38,242 nt of DNA from the sequence record SRR2962707_2366. One strand, given 5' to 3'. The notes under the pieces are model-generated. The model worked only from the letters and a program-made list of their open reading frames with translations. It had not been told where the DNA came from and ran no database searches. The position numbers and the translations under genes were made by a program. Positions 35,139 through 38,242 of the stretch are shown here, one piece after another. The number at the start of each line of letters is the position of its first letter. The stretch's first letter is position 1.

Positions 35139-36509
35139 TCAGGCTTGCAGCTCAGGATCTCTGATTGGCGGGCTGTCTGCTGCCTCTTCGAGGATTTCCT
35201 TCAATGATACGCCGAGCACATTTTGATTGGATTTTTTCAGCTCATTGACGCGTTCTTCAAGTCTGGCCTGCCATTTCTCATTGCCGCTGATCGCGGTGTT
35301 TTCGGAAAATCCAAGCCCGAGTGCGTGATATAGATCAAAAAGCGTCACGTTTTCCGGATCACGGGAGAGTATCCATTTATTTGCCGCTGTTCGTTCGACG
35401 TAGTGGCCGGCCCTGAGTTGTAAAAGGATGCGATCCACGGCTTCGCCACCGCCACCGGTCGTGCGGAGAATTCGGCTGCGATGAACGGCACCTTCGCCAT
35501 CCCGGCTGGCTTCGAATAAAACGGCGAGGATTTTTACGGCGATGACAAAACGCATGCTTGTTCCGACAGCGGTATTCAACGGTTTGCCGCCCGCGGACTG
35601 CCATTCGCTGACACTCGCCGTCAGGACTGCGCCGACAAGGACCACCAGCCAGGACAGATACATCCAGACCAGAAAGATCGGCACAACGGACATGGCGCCA
35701 TATATATTCTGGTAGGTCGGGAAAGTGACGATGTACCAGCCGAACAGCTTGCGGAGGATGGTGAATGCAATCCCTGCGAAAAGCCCGCCCGCGAATCCGG
35801 CTGCCAATCCGACCGGGCGATTGGGGATGATGATGTAAAACACCGATAACAGGAGAATCATCATGATGGTCGGCAGGACGGTGCCCAGAAATGCACTTTC
35901 ACCGCTGCTGTCGATTCCGATCCATTGAGTAGCGGCGAAAAAATACGTCGACAATGAGAAGCTGGCACCCAGCAACAAAGGCCCCAAGGTCAACAAGGCC
36001 CAGAAAACCAGAAGCCGCGGGACAATTGCACGCGGTCGGGCAACGCGAAATATAGCGTTCATGTCCGCTTCGATGGTGCCCAGCAGAAGCACAGCAGTGG
36101 CTGCGAGCGCTACGATGCCGACAGCACTGAGCGTCGTCGTGTTTTGAACGAAACGATTGAAGTAATGCTGTGTGGCATCGGCGGATTGCGGTAACAGATT
36201 GGAAAACAAGGCTTCCTGTAGGGTTTCACGAACACCGGCAAACACCGGGAAGGCCGCCAGCATCGAAAAAGCGATGGCCGACAAGGGGACGATCGCAAGC
36301 AGTGACGTGTAACTCAGCCCCGCTGCCATCCTGAGACAGCGGTCTTCGCCAAACCGCTGACCGACGAATTTGGCGAATGCGCCGGTCTCATTCAGGACAA
36401 CTTCGATCCCGGCGACATTTTCCTTTTCGTCCTCATCAGGCAGAATATTCGCCGAATCCGAGTGATATTCATTCGGGGCCGGGGCTTCGTCGGGCTTGTT
36501 TTCCCTCAT
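35139..36509 (-). CDS. YihY/BrkB-family membrane protein with C-terminal winged-helix extension
   Basis: 456 aa. AAGLSYTSLLAIVP, MNAIFRV..R, WALLTLGPLL, IPN, YQNIYGA...PIFLVWMYLSW. Confidence 0.9.
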   Translation of the reverse strand: MRENKPDEAPAPNEYHSDSANILPDEDEKENVAGIEVVLNETGAFAKFVGQRFGEDRCLRMAAGLSYTSLLAIVPLSAIAFSMLAAFPVFAGVRETLQEALFSNLLPQSADATQHYFNRFVQNTTTLSAVGIVALAATAVLLLGTIEADMNAIFRVARPRAIVPRLLVFWALLTLGPLLLGASFSLSTYFFAATQWIGIDSSGESAFLGTVLPTIMMILLLSVFYIIIPNRPVGLAAGFAGGLFAGIAFTILRKLFGWYIVTFPTYQNIYGAMSVVPIFLVWMYLSWLVVLVGAVLTASVSEWQSAGGKPLNTAVGTSMRFVIAVKILAVLFEASRDGEGAVHRSRILRTTGGGGEAVDRILLQLRAGHYVERTAANKWILSRDPENVTLFDLYHALGLGFSENTAISGNEKWQARLEERVNELKKSNQNVLGVSLKEILEEAADSPPIRDPELQA

Positions 36510-36525
36510 TCAGCACTCCATTCGA

Positions 36526-36554
36526 TTGACGCTTTCTGTTGTGTATTATATGGC
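36526..36554 (+). promoter_or_regulatory. Candidate sigma70 promoter for fabI-aroC
   Basis: TTGACG-N17-TATGGC in the divergent yihY/fabI spacer. Confidence 0.3.
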
Positions 36555-36677
36555 AAAGCCTCTTCTGCGAAACATAATGTGCGTCGACATGGTTTGATCG
36601 GCTTTTTGCGTGTAGCATGTTACCAAGGGCAGATTCCCATATTGGGAATGTGATGAGTAAAAGACGAGGACAATAAA

Positions 36678-37490
36678 ATGGGTCAACCTGCACCTTTGAT
36701 GCAAGGAAAGCGTGGACTGGTCATGGGTGTTGCCAATGATCGATCTATTGCTTGGGGGATAGCCAAAGCCGCACACGATCAAGGTGCTGAACTGGCCTTT
36801 ACGTTTCAGGGCGAAGCATTGCAGAAACGTGTGCTGCCGCTTGCAGAGTCAGTCGGATCAAACCTCGTTTTGCCCTGCGATGTAACCGACCCGGCCAGCA
36901 TGGATGCGGTTTTCGAAAAGCTCAAAGCAGAATGGGGTAGCCTCGATTTTCTTGTTCATGCCGTTGCCTATTCGAACAAGGATGAACTCAAGGGCGCCTA
37001 CATTGACACTTCGCCAGAAAACTTCGAACTGACGATGAATGTCAGCTGTTATTCGTTCACAGCAGTATGTCAGCGTGCTCGGCCGTTGCTGAACGAAGGT
37101 GCAAGCCTTCTCACTCTGACGTACTACGGTGCTGAGCGGGTGATGCCACATTACAACGTGATGGGGGTGGCCAAAGCTGCCCTGGAGGCGTCTGTGCGTT
37201 ATCTTGCCGAAGATCTCGGCAAGGACGGCATTCGTGTCAATTCCCTGTCGGCGGGGCCGATGAAGACCCTGGCGGCCAGTGGCATCGGGGATTTTCGCTA
37301 CATTCTCAAATGGAACGAATACAACTCGCCGCTTCGCCGGAACGTCAATATGGACGATATCGGTGGTGCAGGCGTTTATCTGCTGTCATCGTTGTCGAGC
37401 GGTGTGACCGGTGAAACCCACCATGTGGATTGCGGCTATAATGTCGTCGGCATGAAAGCCGTCGATGCGCCGGATATCTCCGTCGTCTGA
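36678..37490 (+). CDS. fabI: Enoyl-ACP reductase
   Basis: [54 protein letters not shown]. Confidence 0.98.
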   Translation: MGQPAPLMQGKRGLVMGVANDRSIAWGIAKAAHDQGAELAFTFQGEALQKRVLPLAESVGSNLVLPCDVTDPASMDAVFEKLKAEWGSLDFLVHAVAYSNKDELKGAYIDTSPENFELTMNVSCYSFTAVCQRARPLLNEGASLLTLTYYGAERVMPHYNVMGVAKAALEASVRYLAEDLGKDGIRVNSLSAGPMKTLAASGIGDFRYILKWNEYNSPLRRNVNMDDIGGAGVYLLSSLSSGVTGETHHVDCGYNVVGMKAVDAPDISVV

Positions 37491-37504
37491 ATCTGAGCGG
37501 GGAA

Positions 37505-38242
37505 ATGTCTCACAACACTTTTGGTCACCTGTTCCGGGTCACAACATTTGGTGAAAGCCACGGTGTAGCGCTCGGCTGTGTTGTTGACGGCTGTCCTCCC
37601 GGTCTTGAACTGAGCGAAGCGGATATCCAGCCTTATCTGGATAAACGCCGGCCCGGCCAGTCGAAATATACGACGCAACGTCAGGAAGCCGATCAGGTGA
37701 AGATCCTGTCCGGGACGTTCGAAGGTAAAACCACCGGGACATCAATCGGCTTGCTGATCGAGAATACCGATCAGCGCTCCAAGGACTATGGCGATATCAA
37801 GGACAAGTACCGCCCCGGCCACGCCGATTACACCTATGACGCCAAATACGGCTTTCGGGATTATCGGGGCGGCGGTCGCTCATCGGCCCGTGAAACGGCA
37901 ATGCGGGTAGCCGCCGGCGCGATTGCCCGCAAGGTTCTCGGCAACAACATCATCATCCGCGGTGGTCTGATCCGTATGGGCGACAAGGCGGTGCCGGATG
38001 ATGTGCGTGACTGGGATGCCGTCGATGCCAATCCGTTTTTTGCACCAGACGCCGCCAGTGCCGATGTGTTTGCCGATTATCTTGACGGTATCCGCAAGAA
38101 AGGCTCGTCCGTCGGCGCTGTGATCGAGGTCGTAGCGTCAGGCGTGCCTGCAGGATGGGGCGCGCCGGTCTATGGCAAGCTGGATTCCGAACTGGCATCG
38201 GCGATGATGAGCATCAACGCCGTCAAGGGCGTCGAGATCGGC
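37505..38242 (+). CDS. aroC: Chorismate synthase (truncated by window end; absent from the ORF track)
   Basis: Manual translation from ATG 37505: [64 protein letters not shown]. Open to the end of the window. Confidence 0.97.
   Translation, partial: MSHNTFGHLFRVTTFGESHGVALGCVVDGCPPGLELSEADIQPYLDKRRPGQSKYTTQRQEADQVKILSGTFEGKTTGTSIGLLIENTDQRSKDYGDIKDKYRPGHADYTYDAKYGFRDYRGGGRSSARETAMRVAAGAIARKVLGNNIIIRGGLIRMGDKAVPDDVRDWDAVDANPFFAPDAASADVFADYLDGIRKKGSSVGAVIEVVASGVPAGWGAPVYGKLDSELASAMMSINAVKGVEIG

Noticed and set aside
31224..36509. Virulence island (hemolysin TlyA, BrkB virulence factor, plus the 17-kDa antigen elsewhere)
   Set aside because: These names are historical; the genes are widespread housekeeping or envelope families in their usual context, with no mobility signals.

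Overview
Chromosomal segment from a moderately GC-rich alphaproteobacterium, probably Rhodospirillales-like; this is inferred from gene order and protein style, not from a database search. It holds about 38 CDS and no rRNA, tRNA, CRISPR array, transposase or prophage gene that I can recognise. The housekeeping backbone is aspS, pdxH, fieF, xseB-ispA-dxs-tlyA, a DnaJ class B gene, yihY, fabI and a truncated aroC. Accessory modules are interleaved: (1) acyl-CoA dehydrogenase + class III CoA-transferase + archaeal-type LeuCD/HacAB-like dehydratase; (2) an Rv2004c-like kinase fusion next to a tandem USP; (3) an unassigned XRE-HTH + 301-aa protein pair behind a CtrA-type half-site and a GANTC-centred palindrome; (4) a single-Cys ArsR regulator divergent from tusA; (5) an RND pump + flavin dehydrogenase with a TetR gene and a 33-bp operator; (6) an exported 7-blade WD40-cytochrome c fusion; (7) a TTC38-like protein next to a J-domain gene. 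The best candidates for undescribed biology are (3), (6) and (1), plus an apparent non-AUG (AUC) start for tlyA. All functional calls come from motif recognition by eye, and several start codons were moved relative to the ORF track.
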